A stretch of DNA of 63,307 bases, filler included, from Alcyonidium flabelliforme (lineage: Eukaryota): the NCBI GenBank assembly GCA_026167845.1. It is 46 parts of 46 records of this genome, joined end to end, with 100 filler letters (N's around TTAATTAATTAA, not from the genome) between each part and the next. Parts side by side here need not be neighbours in the genome. Positions count along the whole stretch, not along the records: positions 44,883 to 46,127 come from JAOQFJ010000199.1; positions 46,228 to 47,468 come from JAOQFJ010000200.1; positions 47,569 to 48,805 come from JAOQFJ010000201.1; positions 48,906 to 50,141 come from JAOQFJ010000202.1; positions 50,242 to 51,477 come from JAOQFJ010000203.1; positions 51,578 to 52,809 come from JAOQFJ010000204.1; positions 52,910 to 54,132 come from JAOQFJ010000205.1; positions 54,233 to 55,452 come from JAOQFJ010000206.1; 38 more parts are not named here. The stretch is one strand, 5' to 3'. The translations under genes were made by a program, and so were the position numbers. This document shows positions 45,436 through 56,662 of this stretch, piece after piece. The notes beneath the pieces are model-generated. The model worked only from the letters and a program-made list of their open reading frames with translations, had not been told where the DNA came from and did not search any database. Each line of letters starts with the position of its first letter. Position 1 is the stretch's first letter.

Positions 45436-46011
45436 CTATCGAAACTTTGGCGAATCCCAATCATCGGTCGCCGACTCATCCTCCGGCGTGTCCGGATCAT
45501 CGGCGGTGACCACCTTGGCCAATGTCTCCTTGAGTTGAGCGATCTCCTTGTGGAGCTCATCGATCATCTCCAACCCGCTTGCCACCTGATGTTGGATCGT
45601 CGCCACCTTAAAATGGACGAAAGCAAACATAGCGAAGCGGTTGAGCGGTGACGGAAAGTAGACAACGCTGGCGGATTCGCTGTCAACTGCGTCATCTTTA
45701 GGCCACGCTATGTACACCCGCACGGACTCGCCATCACCGATGTCGGCAACGATGGCCTCAAGATTGATCTCTCCCGTGTCGATCGACATGGCCAGCGGTT
45801 GTGGCTCAAGCGACGTTTCCGGAACTTCGGACAATAGCGCACCGATGTCTTGCCCTAGCAACGCCCCCTCATCACCAGAAAAGAAATCATCAAAGATGTA
45901 AACGATCTCGCCTTCGATCGTGGCCACGACGATAGGCAATAGAAGGCCATATTCCTGCATACGACTGATTAGCCCTTTTGGGAGCTCCCCGCGATTGATG
46001 AACACGGCCAT
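45436..46011 (-). CDS. Acidic hypothetical protein (probably phage)
   Basis: GAGG RBS, 191-aa ORF co-oriented with the collagen-repeat gene. Confidence 0.6.
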   Translation of the reverse strand: MAVFINRGELPKGLISRMQEYGLLLPIVVATIEGEIVYIFDDFFSGDEGALLGQDIGALLSEVPETSLEPQPLAMSIDTGEINLEAIVADIGDGESVRVYIAWPKDDAVDSESASVVYFPSPLNRFAMFAFVHFKVATIQHQVASGLEMIDELHKEIAQLKETLAKVVTADDPDTPEDESATDDWDSPKFR

Positions 46012-47359
46012 GGAAGCGCCTCGATAGAGAGTAGAGCAAAGTGATTGGAAGCGGTTGAGTTATCAACCAGACGAACGCGTCCCGGATCATGTGACCGTGC
46101 GGATGATAGCCGGAATCTCGGCTAGTCNNNNNNNNNNNNNNNNNNNNNNNNNNNNNNNNNNNNNNNNNNNNTTAATTAATTAANNNNNNNNNNNNNNNNN
46201 NNNNNNNNNNNNNNNNNNNNNNNNNNNACACTCGTGTTAAAAAATCCAAACCACAATGAAATACCATCTTCCGTACTATGTTTCAAGTAACTTTTGACCC
46301 AACCATTACTAAACATTTACATGCAAAAAAGCGAACTTTGTCACATGTTTTGAAACGAGGTGTGACATGCAAAATATTTTTGAAAAGCTGATATTTTTTT
46401 ATAGGATTAAAATTCGTGACAAATTAAGTATAATCGAACCAAATATACGTAATTCTAACACTTTGAGGCCATACCGAAAAAAAGTCTATATTGCTAAGAA
46501 TATTTAAAACGGCTTTGAATTTCATCACTCATTTTCCCGCGCAATAAAACACAAACATGTTTTAGAGGCACACCGACGTTTCGAATATAACGGCGACAAG
46601 ATGTAAGTTGTATAAGATTAAACTATATCAAAATGCTCAGGATCCTTCCCTTTATCGGAAAATAAGGCTATTTCATCGAAATGTCATGACCAGTTATTTT
46701 CACAGTTGAACGGATTCAGACACCCGACAAAATTGGGTAAAATTCGCCATTTTTTGTATTTTTCAAATAAGAAAATAAGTTCTTTGTAAACTAAGGCAAA
46801 CGTCTAACTTGAAGATTAACCATGCATGCTATTTGAAACGTGCCAAGAGTAGTTTTAACAGGAATAAGGTTGATTTTATACATATCATGAACTGTTTTAA
46901 GCACCCACCTCTGCTCATTTTCGATATTTTTCTTTATATAAACCTAACTTATGGAAGATCATTTTTTCGTCTTTTAAGTACATTAAAACGATTGTTTGAT
47001 TTCTTTAAATAGAAAATGTGTTTGTCGTTCGAAAAATATTTCAAGTTTTGCGGAAAATGTGTCTGACTGGTTGAATTCAACGTTCTTTTCGTTTTGTCCG
47101 ATTATTTTGAAAATGGCGCGTAAATGAACTATTCACGCATGTTGTGTTGCGCGAGCGGCGCGCAAACAATTTAGCATTGAAAAACATGTATGTATCAACA
47201 AAATATACTCCTGTCTTTGTTATTATATTTAACGGCTTTGCCCCATACCTGCTTTATTATACTTTTTACTCAACAATAAACACACTCTAAAGAATCGGAC
47301 AGTTGTAAAATCTGTCTTGTTGCAATTTGTTGTGGGTCAAATTCTAGTTTTCTTGGACT

Positions 47360-47468
47360 ATTACGGTACACGTTATAACAATCCAGAAAGATCTCCGCTG
47401 AATTGATGGAATCATTCAGCCATGATTCTACCCCACAGCCAATGTCAGGTTTGATATAGTTCAAGGCT
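47360..47468 (-). mobile_element. LINE APE endonuclease remnant
   Basis: KPDIGCGVESWL..SINSAEIF..YNVYR. Confidence 0.65.
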
Positions 47469-47568
47469 NNNNNNNNNNNNNNNNNNNNNNNNNNNNNNNN
47501 NNNNNNNNNNNNTTAATTAATTAANNNNNNNNNNNNNNNNNNNNNNNNNNNNNNNNNNNNNNNNNNNN

Positions 47569-48099
47569 AAATGTGTGTTTTTCAAGAAGTATAGGTAAAT
47601 GATAACCAAGCCCTATACCAAAGACTAAACAAGTAGGATAATGAGAAGGGAGTTCTTTAAGCACCTTCAAGTTTGAGCACTCTAGAAAACTATTATATAG
47701 CTTAGCCACATACTCTATATGTATCCGCTCATCTTTAGTTTTGACTTCATCACCTAAAAAGTAATTACGACGGCTGTAGTTAGCATTTTCGGTGTAGTAT
47801 TTAACTTGTTCTTTCGCTTGTTCTAATGGGGAATCATTATATAAAGGGACATCACAACCATCAGGTACAAAGTTTGCCTCGCCATCAGACGTAGCGTGCA
47901 AGCAGAAGTTGTCTCTAACAGAGTAGTTTTCAATGAACCTTGCAATCTCAGGGTAATATTTTTGGAAAGCATCGAGGTTATTAGTAAAAAGAGTGTTAGC
48001 TTTTACTGCTAATGTAGCCTCTCTTTCAAGAAGGCATTCTTTTTCTGAAAGTAATAGCTTTAATTTTTTAATATCATCATTAATGTTTTCCATTTTCAT
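47569..48099 (-). CDS. maf: Motility-associated factor (Maf, flagellin glycosyltransferase family), N-terminus
   Basis: FTNNLDAFQKYYPEIA, VPLY, LVFGIGLGYHL; located after fliS. Confidence 0.8.
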
Positions 48100-48180
48100 A
48101 CCTAAAATTTACTTTAACTTACAATTTAAAAGCAAGTTTAGTGCCTAATAAATAGAAAATATACCTAAAATAATCTAATT

Positions 48181-48480
48181 TTAAATATTATAAGCTTTTA
48201 ATTTTGCTTTATTCTTAGTGTAATCACTTAATTCACTGCTGATCTGAGCCTGTTTAGACTTAACTAATTTATAAATAAGATCAAGTTGGTTTTGAACTGC
48301 TTCCATTGCTTTATAATGTTCTGCCAAATCTACCTTGGTAAACTCTCGAACCTTTTCATTAACTTTCTCAAATTCCACGCGCACATGTTCGAAGTCTATA
48401 GAGTCAGATTTATATATAAAGTCATATAAGCTCAAAAGTTCACGATGTAAAGCTTCAACATTATCCTGCTTGAGTTGCAT
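48181..48480 (-). CDS. FliT-like flagellar chaperone
   Basis: 99-aa helical protein overlapping the fliS end; C-terminal KLKAY. Confidence 0.55.
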   Translation of the reverse strand: MQLKQDNVEALHRELLSLYDFIYKSDSIDFEHVRVEFEKVNEKVREFTKVDLAEHYKAMEAVQNQLDLIYKLVKSKQAQISSELSDYTKNKAKLKAYNI

Positions 48481-48805
48481 TCTGTTCCTCTAATGTTTGA
48501 ATCCTTACTTCTACAGGAATTGCGTCCCAAGCCGACTTAATTTCTTTAATCAAACTATTTACTTCATCAAGGATGGCTATGTCATTTTTCATCGTTGCAT
48601 CTACAAGCCTATCAATCATATAGCTATATAAGGAGAACAAGTTTTCAGTTACTTCACCACCTAGTTTAAAATCCAAACAACCTCTTAGTGCTTCTATTAT
48701 AGCCGTTGCTTTAGAGATATGTTCAGCTTTTGCTTCAAAATTTTTATGTTCAATCGCCACTTTAGCATGTACTAATTTTTCAATCACACCGGCCATAAGC
48801 AGTTG
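48461..48805 (-). CDS. fliS: Flagellar export chaperone FliS (5' truncated)
   Basis: KAEHISKATAIIEALRGCLDFKLGGEVTENLFSLYSYMIDRL..EIKSAWDAI. Confidence 0.95.
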   Translation of the reverse strand, partial: QLLMAGVIEKLVHAKVAIEHKNFEAKAEHISKATAIIEALRGCLDFKLGGEVTENLFSLYSYMIDRLVDATMKNDIAILDEVNSLIKEIKSAWDAIPVEVRIQTLEEQNATQAG

Positions 48806-48974
48806 NNNNNNNNNNNNNNNNNNNNNNNNNNNNNNNNNNNNNNNNNNNNTTAATTAATTAANNNNNNNNNNNNNNNNNNNNNNNNNNNNNNNNNNNNNNN
48901 NNNNNAACAGTTTTACATCGCCCGACAGGAAGGTCAAAAACGTATAATGTTACAGCTAGATTTTCTTCTTTGGA

Positions 48975-49244
48975 GTGAGTATGGGTATTAATAGTGGTTT
49001 ATTTCTTAATTGGCTAAATATTGAAAAGAGAACCAAGAGCCAAAAAACGGCTATTACGGAATTAAACGAAAATTGTGGGACTAAGTATACCGAAAGCTGG
49101 CCTTCCAAAATGGAAGGTCGGGGGTATACGTTAGAGCGCATTCCCACTGAGGTTCGACGCTATATGATGACTATTGTTTTGCCTGAGTTGCTACCAGGTA
49201 AATCAGAAAATGAATATAAAAAACTAATAATTGCCTTGACGTAA
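48975..49244 (+). CDS. Small hypothetical protein, possibly an HTH regulator
   Basis: GGAG RBS; SQKTAITELNENCGTKYTESWPSKMEGRG..IP has an XRE-like spacing. Confidence 0.5.
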   Translation: MSMGINSGLFLNWLNIEKRTKSQKTAITELNENCGTKYTESWPSKMEGRGYTLERIPTEVRRYMMTIVLPELLPGKSENEYKKLIIALT

Positions 49245-49265
49245 CTATACCGCAGCGGTATAGTT
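49236..49265 (+). promoter_or_regulatory. Sigma70 promoter overlapped by a perfect 11-1-11 palindrome (probable operator)
   Basis: TTGACG-17 nt-TATAGT; AACTATACCGC-A-GCGGTATAGTT at 49243-49265. Confidence 0.7.
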
Positions 49266-49294
49266 TGGGGGAGCTTTAATTTTGGGGATTCGCA

Positions 49295-50141
49295 ATGAAA
49301 AAACTAATCAGCAAAGTATGTTTGTCGGTAAAGGCTGCTTCTGCAACAGCGGGAACAGGCGCTGATATTCGTGGGCTTCATGTTAATGAAAGTCCGGTTC
49401 AATATTTGCCAAAGGTAGCAACAAAAAGCACAGTTCAAAGTTATTCAGTATCATCTACGACCGCTGTTGAAAAAGCCGCTGTAGCTGATGTTGTTGTGTT
49501 CTATCAACCATCATACTTTGCAAAATATGGCGCATACGAGGCGCATAAACGAATTGAGGCATGGGTAGCGACTGCGAACGAAAGTTACGAGGCGCATGGC
49601 CTGAATTATCGTCTGTCAGTATCTGATGTCATCGCAGTTGAATCGGTGTCTGATGATGTGCCTTATCAAGATGTTGTTGATGGTGATGGCAATATTGTTC
49701 AAGACGGTGCGGATTATCTTTTCTCACTGGCGGCATTGAATGAAGGTAGCCCTGAGTACGCTGCATATCAGGATAAGTGGAAGGGTGATCTGGTTGTTTA
49801 TGTTCGTGAACAACGCCCTGAAGATACGGTGTTGGGTCTTGCCGGTATTGGCGGTGAGTATTCAAGCATGGTTGACAATGATGTCGCGCCTGAGCAATAC
49901 ACTACGTTTGCACACGAAGTTGGTCATAACATTGGTATGAACCACGAAGAAGCTAAGGCGTATGTGGGTCCTGAGTATGCGAGAGCAACGATGTGTGGTG
50001 GCAATTACACAATCATGTATTCGGCTTCGCCAGCTGCCAAAACGCTGCATCATTATTCTTCACCTGACTTATCTAGCGGTGGTGAGGTTTGTGGTAATGA
50101 AGATACAGCTAACAATGCTCGCGTTCTGGAAGAAAACTTTG
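49295..50141 (+). CDS. Secreted M12 (reprolysin-like) zinc metalloprotease (3' truncated)
   Basis: FAHEVGHNIGMNH zinc motif and TIMYS Met-turn; basic N-terminus. Confidence 0.9.
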
Positions 50142-50861
50142 NNNNNNNNNNNNNNNNNNNNNNNNNNNNNNNNNNNNNNNNNNNNTTAATTAATTAANNN
50201 NNNNNNNNNNNNNNNNNNNNNNNNNNNNNNNNNNNNNNNNNCTTTGAGACAAGACGCAACTTTTTGGAGGGGGGTACCCGATTTTGGAAGCCCAGGTCAA
50301 GGTCAAATTGAGGTCAAAGGTCAAATTGGAGAAAACTTGAATGTGCCCAAAATTTATTTCAATATTGAATAACTTTAAAAATTAGACATTTACAAATCAA
50401 TTTTTGTTTTTGATATGATCATCTATCAAAACTCATTCATGAATTATACATAAATTTTCGAATTTTTCGAAATTTGGTCAGGTAATTAGCATAAATCCAA
50501 TATGGCGTCACTTTTAGGGGGTAAATGTTTCAAAAGGTCTTTATACAAATATTAGAAAATAAAATGTGATGTTTTTATCTTATAATTTGTTGATTATATA
50601 ATTGGGAAGTTTTTTAAAGAAAAATCAAACTGATAACTCTAACATTAATCTCTGTATTGAATAAAATGTAAGTGGGAAATTGCAGGTTTTGTTAAAAAAA
50701 TGCCAATTCTGAGGGGAACTCAGTTCAGGCCAGGGATGGTAACAGAAAACTCGATCAAAAGGTGACTTGAGCATGAAATTTGGCACAGAATGTATTTAGG
50801 ACATAATAAATGATATTAGAGGGGATACCCGATGTAAAGGTCAAAGGTCAAGGTCAAAATC

Positions 50862-51360
50862 CAAAATGGCCGCCAAGTCACTTATGCCTATTAATCAAAA
50901 GGTTATAAAGAATATTTATCAACATTTTAGTTTCTGATTTGCAAAATTAAGTTGTTTTAGGGTTTCTGTTGTTAAGTAACATTATATTCTCCATTCTCAT
51001 TTGCATAAATCCAATATGGCCGCCAGAAATTCATTAAAATTCACTTATAAAATGCGTATTAATCAGTTATATAGAATAATTATCAACATTTTAGTTTCTG
51101 ATTTGCAAAATTAAGTTTTTGTAAGGTTTTTGTTGTTTGGTGACATAATATTCTCCATTCCCATTTGAATAAATCCAAGATGGCAGCCATAAATTCCTTA
51201 AAATTCTCTTATTTAATGCAAATTTATCAGTTAAATATAGAACTATTATCAACATTTAGGTTTCTGATATGCAAAATTAAGTTGTTTTAGGATTTCTGTT
51301 GTTTGGTAACATAATATTTTCCATTCCTATTTGCATAAATTCAAGATGGCCGCCATAAAT
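50862..51360. repeat. ~165-bp tandem repeat, 3 copies (satellite-like)
   Basis: TATCAACATT..TTTCTGAT.TGCAAAATTAAG at 50917, 51081 and 51247; ATGGC.GCCA in each unit. Confidence 0.9.
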
Positions 51361-51705
51361 TTCTTATGATTGACCTCTGAAAATGGAAAAAATCCACTAA
51401 GCTATATATATACTGTGGAAAAAAATCCCCAAAAATCTAAAGTACACCAAGAATCAAAGTTTTCATTTGATTGAAATNNNNNNNNNNNNNNNNNNNNNNN
51501 NNNNNNNNNNNNNNNNNNNNNTTAATTAATTAANNNNNNNNNNNNNNNNNNNNNNNNNNNNNNNNNNNNNNNNNNNNATTTTTGATATTATTTTACAATA
51601 TATATTTTTAGAGATGTTTAAAATGCAGAGAAGAATGATCAGAAACAGACTGAATCAATAAAGTTTAATTGTTTGTACAATTAAACTTTATTGAATATAC
51701 ATGTA

Positions 51706-52754
51706 CAGTCTAACCTCTCTTAACGACCACTCTATTAAAAGACCACCTCATGTAAACGACCACTGTGGTTCCTCCCAATTGATTTCAGATGATAATGCAC
51801 CTGTATTAGGAGACCAACTCTCCTAACGGACAGCGACCACATGAAACTGCACTAAAATGGCATGCAATGCTTTCATTAAACGGCCACAACACTGAGAATA
51901 CATAAACTCTAATCGCTGTATTGGCGTCGGGCCAATAGATGCGCAGATCATAGCGATGAAACAGAGTTAAATCCTAATCGCTATGATTGCTCTTTGTTCT
52001 AGGCTCAAACGCTGTACATAATTTGGCTGCGGTCCAAAAGCAACAGTAGATGACATTGAGATGCCTGTGTACTAAAGTCTCACTGCATCTTGCTTTAGTG
52101 TTTGTATGATTTGTGGCCATCAATCAAACCAAACATCCATGTAGTGGACATTTGTGCTAAGGCTAACTGAAGCCGCGATTGTTAGTGGATTAGTAGTTTA
52201 GTGATGCTAACACATATTTTATGGGAAGTTGCTGATAAGTACATGTACATGTATTAACGCTTGACTTGATCAGTTTTGAGTTGATAATTGAAGGTCCATT
52301 CACTTGAGTAGGACATCATCTAACAGGCATGTAGCCATTGATATGGGTGTGGGCAAGATTAAAATTCAAAGCATCAAAAGTGAAATTTTCAAACAATGTG
52401 AGAATAATGCTTTTTTGGGGAAATGAAAAGAAAGCCAGAGAATGAAGACTAGGAACTGCTTTGTGCAAAATGGTTTCATGATGCTGTCAAATGTGGCATG
52501 CCAGTCTCAGGCCCAGTCATTACATTACATGCACATTATGTTACATGTATGTTCATTTTATTAGTAATATACATACTTTACTTACAAATGCATATTATGT
52601 TGTATCATGTGAATGCAAGAAATGACATGTGTAATCGGTATACCGATTAACATACAATGATGTGTCATCAACCAATCCTCCATTCAAAGACCACCTTCCT
52701 TAAGAGACCACTTCTACGCCTCCGAGTGGTGGTCGCTTAAGACAGGTTAGACTG
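51706..52754. mobile_element. Complete pogo/Tigger-like MITE
   Basis: TA|CAGTCTAACCTCTCTTAACGACCAC ... GTGGTCGCTTAAGACAGGTTAGACTG|TA; internal GACCAC sub-terminal repeats. Confidence 0.88.
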
Positions 52755-52909
52755 TAATTTGAATCATTACATAGTTGCAGTTACCCATGGCATTTTATGG
52801 CACTTTATTNNNNNNNNNNNNNNNNNNNNNNNNNNNNNNNNNNNNNNNNNNNNTTAATTAATTAANNNNNNNNNNNNNNNNNNNNNNNNNNNNNNNNNNN
52901 NNNNNNNNN

Positions 52910-53125
52910 AAACAAGACTAAAGGGCCAATAATCATTATCAGCCCACCCTCATTCAGCATGCTACTGCCCACATCATTAAAGGTTAAGGCATAAGGCGTA
53001 ATACCTCGCACATCTTTTGCCACATACAGCATGTTTGGATGGTCTTTTTCAACATCCACTACGTCACTATAAGGTCGAGATAATAAGGTGATACTTGCTG
53101 TATCTTGGGTAGGTAAAACATCCAT
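52910..53125 (-). CDS. Putative membrane immunity protein, N-terminus
   Basis: Directly downstream of the toxin-like ORF; a TM segment begins at the contig edge. Confidence 0.45.
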
Positions 53126-53179
53126 CTAGGGTGGCTCACTATTTATATTCAATCAGTAAAGGTAATCAAAGCTACTATT

Positions 53180-54056
53180 TTAACGATCTCGCATTAACAC
53201 ATAAGGTTTTTCTTCTACGGTTTTAGACTTAGATCTTTTCTGAGTATAGGTAGTACCAGATTCTTTGTCATAAGCAGCATTAGATAAACTAAAGTCAACT
53301 CTAGCAAACTCAAAACTTGGCTCATGAATTACAAACTTCAGTAAAAGCTTATATCCACCTTCTGTTTGAGTATACATATAGCTTGACAACCCTTTTGGTA
53401 GCTCAACTTTAATATTCTGATTCGTCCTAGAAGTTTGACCAATACGTGCGAAAACGTCATCTCGAGTTTCGAGTTTAAGTATTTTGTTTAAAGGGACAGA
53501 GTCATTAATAGTTACTTTATCTTTAAAATAAGAGGAAACATCAGCATTGGAATAAGGCTGCAATTCTTTAGGCGTATAGAATGTTGTTAATTTATAGCTA
53601 ATAGTGTCCTTTTCACTAATCGGTAAGTATGAGATAATCTCTACCGTTATGTCACACTCGCTTGTTATACTATTTTTGATAATAATTTTAATATCATTTT
53701 TTCTCATATCTATAGCCAAAGCCGCAACCTCAGAAGCTGCGCTACGAAAAGAAGAGACTACTTTATTTGAATCAGGATCTACATAAGAATTTCTATCACT
53801 GTACTTGTCTGTCAGGAATTCACGTTTACCAAAAACGCCAAAGTTTAGCCAATAGTCGATATTATTCAAATTATCAGTACTCTTATCATAGACGCTCATC
53901 TTAAAGTATGACCACAAGCTAACACCTAGACCTATTACCATAACCCCTACTAAGAAGTAGGGATTGGCAAACAGCGCAATACCACCTACCTGACTAAACA
54001 CTATGCTTACACTTAATCGAGCACCTGTGCGCTTAGCCATAACTTCTGCTAAAGCA
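53180..54056 (-). pseudogene. VasX-like T6SS pore-forming effector C-terminal part, cut off by an IS
   Basis: Hydrophobic hairpin followed by DNLNNIDYWLNFGVFGK; frame stays open up to the IS end at 54057. Confidence 0.55.
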
Positions 54057-54132
54057 TGTAGTGGTCAACTAATTTAGGACACCTGATAAGAGGTTTTGAT
54101 TAAAGTAACGTCTTTCTGTTTCAGCTGGTGTT
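54057..54132 (-). mobile_element. IS3-family element right end (IRR plus transposase C-terminus)
   Basis: TGTAGTGGTCAACTAATTTAGGACAC terminal repeat; minus-strand TPAETERRYFNQNLLSGVLN* ends inside it. Confidence 0.8.
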
Positions 54133-54368
54133 NNNNNNNNNNNNNNNNNNNNNNNNNNNNNNNNNNNNNNNNNNNNTTAATTAATTAANNNNNNNNNNNN
54201 NNNNNNNNNNNNNNNNNNNNNNNNNNNNNNNNACAATAGGATGAATAGGGTGGTTCAAAGGTTGTTTATGTACGATCATGCACTGGTTGACCTGTGAATG
54301 GGGTTTGTGGATGGACAGAGTTGGGGACGAGATTGTTTATATTCGATAAGTTAAGGAAGGGAAAGTGA

Positions 54369-55150
54369 CAGTGTCTATTGCCCCGCCATGTCGGCTAAAT
54401 AAGCCTCTTTTTGCTATCGAGCCGACAAGAATACTCAACGCTGATTGGGCGGTTTGTTATGACGTCAGATCTTGTCGGTCAAATAGTGGCTGACAAGAAT
54501 ACTAAACGCTGATTGGCCGTTCGTTATGTTGTCATTACTTTGTTGAATAACAAGTTAAAATTCTGTCGTATTGTCAATAAGCTGGCTTGGCTCAGCGGTA
54601 GTGTCGTAGTGCTAGTACGCCGGGGATTGCGAGTTCAATTCTCACATCGGCTTTTTTACTTAATAGGAATTTTTTATTTTTATTTTTTGCGTGCTAAAAC
54701 TTTTGAGCTCCGAGTTGTAATCTCAGTCACGGTAATCTCAGTCTATAGGCCTATAATTTCTTTTTAGTCTTGTCTTTTACTAGCCACTCATTATTTCAAA
54801 GGGAGACTTTTATTTTTTAAGTCATGTCTTTATTCTGTTTATCATAATTGATTTGTTTTTATTTTCACATAGCTGAAGTAATGCTCATTTAACTTTTAAC
54901 CTGAAAAAAGACTGAAGCCCCCCCCTTTCAAAACAACTCCAACATGCCGGTCATGATTTTCCCGACAAGATCGGACGTCATAACATGCCCAGCGTTGAGT
55001 ACTCTTGTCGGCTAAATAAGGAAAGAGACCACTATTTACCCGACAAGATCTGACGTCATTACAAAGGCACCCAATCAGCGTTGAGAATTCTTGTCGGTTC
55101 GATAGCAATTCGAGTCTTATTTAGCCGACATGTCGGGGCAATAGCCACGG
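54369..55150. mobile_element. Foldback/MITE-like element with long imperfect TIRs
   Basis: CTATTGCCCCG..ATGTCGGCTAAATAAG..CCGACAAGAAT.CTCAACGCTGATTGG..TGACGTCAGATCTTGTCGG at left, reverse complement at ~55039-55144. Confidence 0.85.
54581..54657 (+). ncRNA. tRNA-derived Pol III unit (degenerate tRNA or SINE head)
   Basis: A box TGGCTCAGCGG, B box GTTCAATTC, ~71 nt with partial acceptor stem, then TTTTTT. Confidence 0.55.
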
Positions 55151-55557
55151 CCGCTCAACGCACTTGGGGTATCTTTTTTTTTGAGAATGTGAAAAGGGGT
55201 TAAAATTTTCATATCTGAAAACGTGTTTAGGGGCTTTTTCAAAACCCCAGTCCCAAGGATGGGTTCCAGGTTTTATCTGGAGTCGGACCCCCGGGTCAGA
55301 ACCGGCAACTTGACTTGATAATTCTTTGTGTGCTTACTTTTTGGGAGGGTAACTTTTTTTCATTGTGTCATCAATCATAACGAGGCAAAAATTTTTTTTA
55401 AGGTTAGACAAAGGAAACTCAATATTACTATCAAAAAAGGCACTGGTATTTCNNNNNNNNNNNNNNNNNNNNNNNNNNNNNNNNNNNNNNNNNNNNTTAA
55501 TTAATTAANNNNNNNNNNNNNNNNNNNNNNNNNNNNNNNNNNNNNNNNNNNNGTTAT

Positions 55558-55677
55558 TAAGATAGAATATGAGTGGGCGTGTCTACGATTGTTAACAGAT
55601 TATAACGTCGATGGTTCTTAAGAGAGAATATCAGTGGGCGTGTCTACGATTGTTAACAGATTATAATGTCGATGGTA
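55558..55677. repeat. 61-bp direct repeat, 2 copies
   Basis: AGTGGGCGTGTCTACGATTGTTAACAGATTATAA occurs twice. Confidence 0.9.
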
Positions 55678-55795
55678 TAGAAGTGAGTGTTAGTTTGTCG
55701 ACTGTTCATTGCCTAGTAAGATTTCGTGCCGAAATTGTAGAATCATGCATAGTACACTTCTTCACAGTAGATATCGTTCATTTGACTCTGTTGGA

Positions 55796-56662
55796 ATGGA
55801 TTTCACACGATCAGCTTCACTCAAGTATGATCCTTCACACCCACCTACAATGCTACTACCGGAGGTGTACACCAATCGTGATCCAACCGTGGATGTGGTT
55901 TTAACCCCCTCTGTTTGCTCCATCTGTTTTAAGTTTCGTTTGGATGTTCTGGTGGAGAAGTTTGGTGAGGATGATGATGATGAGAGTCTACCAAGGATGG
56001 GATTGGATATCAACTACATTTCATCCCTTGCCGACACAAAACTCTGGTGTTGGTGCGCGCGTGATGCCTCTGTGGTACTCACTCGCTGTTGTCGTACCAT
56101 CAGAGCTATTGAGGATGGAGGATGTTTGTGTATTCAACGTTTGGTGTGGCCACCTAAGTTTGTTTCCATCGTATCCATCTCTAAACCGTTCGATTGCAAA
56201 AAGAATAGTGAAAATAATCGACCACAGCGTTACAAAGGCAAACTCAATCCTTCTACAGCATACGCAAGATCAAGGACGAGTAAAGTGAATTCTGTTGGTG
56301 GAGAAAGTGGAGAACTTTCTACTGATATTTCCTACACCCCTCCTTACATTCCTTCAGCTTCGTCGGTAATATTTGCAGGTATTGGCAAACTCATTCCGAC
56401 TCCACGTTACACTATGTCGAAGTTGGACAAAGCGATGACTGACAGCGGAGAAGATGGAGAAATTTCTGAGGTGACGACAAAGCTCTACATTCCTCCGCCC
56501 TACGATCCTTCAGCTTCGTGTGTAACACCTTCCTTAGGTCGAGTAATATGTGATGATGATGATGATGTTCTAATGACATATCACGAAATGAGTAGAAGGG
56601 CAGATTATCATATGACGGATGATGATAGGAGCGATGAAGGATACAATTCCTTAGAACGATAA
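55796..56662 (+). CDS. Intronless Cys-rich / acidic hypothetical protein (eukaryotic or viral)
   Basis: Long open frame from ATG 55796; CSIC, CWC, CC, CLC; internal repeat PPYIPSAS/PPYDPSAS. Confidence 0.5.
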   Translation: MDFTRSASLKYDPSHPPTMLLPEVYTNRDPTVDVVLTPSVCSICFKFRLDVLVEKFGEDDDDESLPRMGLDINYISSLADTKLWCWCARDASVVLTRCCRTIRAIEDGGCLCIQRLVWPPKFVSIVSISKPFDCKKNSENNRPQRYKGKLNPSTAYARSRTSKVNSVGGESGELSTDISYTPPYIPSASSVIFAGIGKLIPTPRYTMSKLDKAMTDSGEDGEISEVTTKLYIPPPYDPSASCVTPSLGRVICDDDDDVLMTYHEMSRRADYHMTDDDRSDEGYNSLER

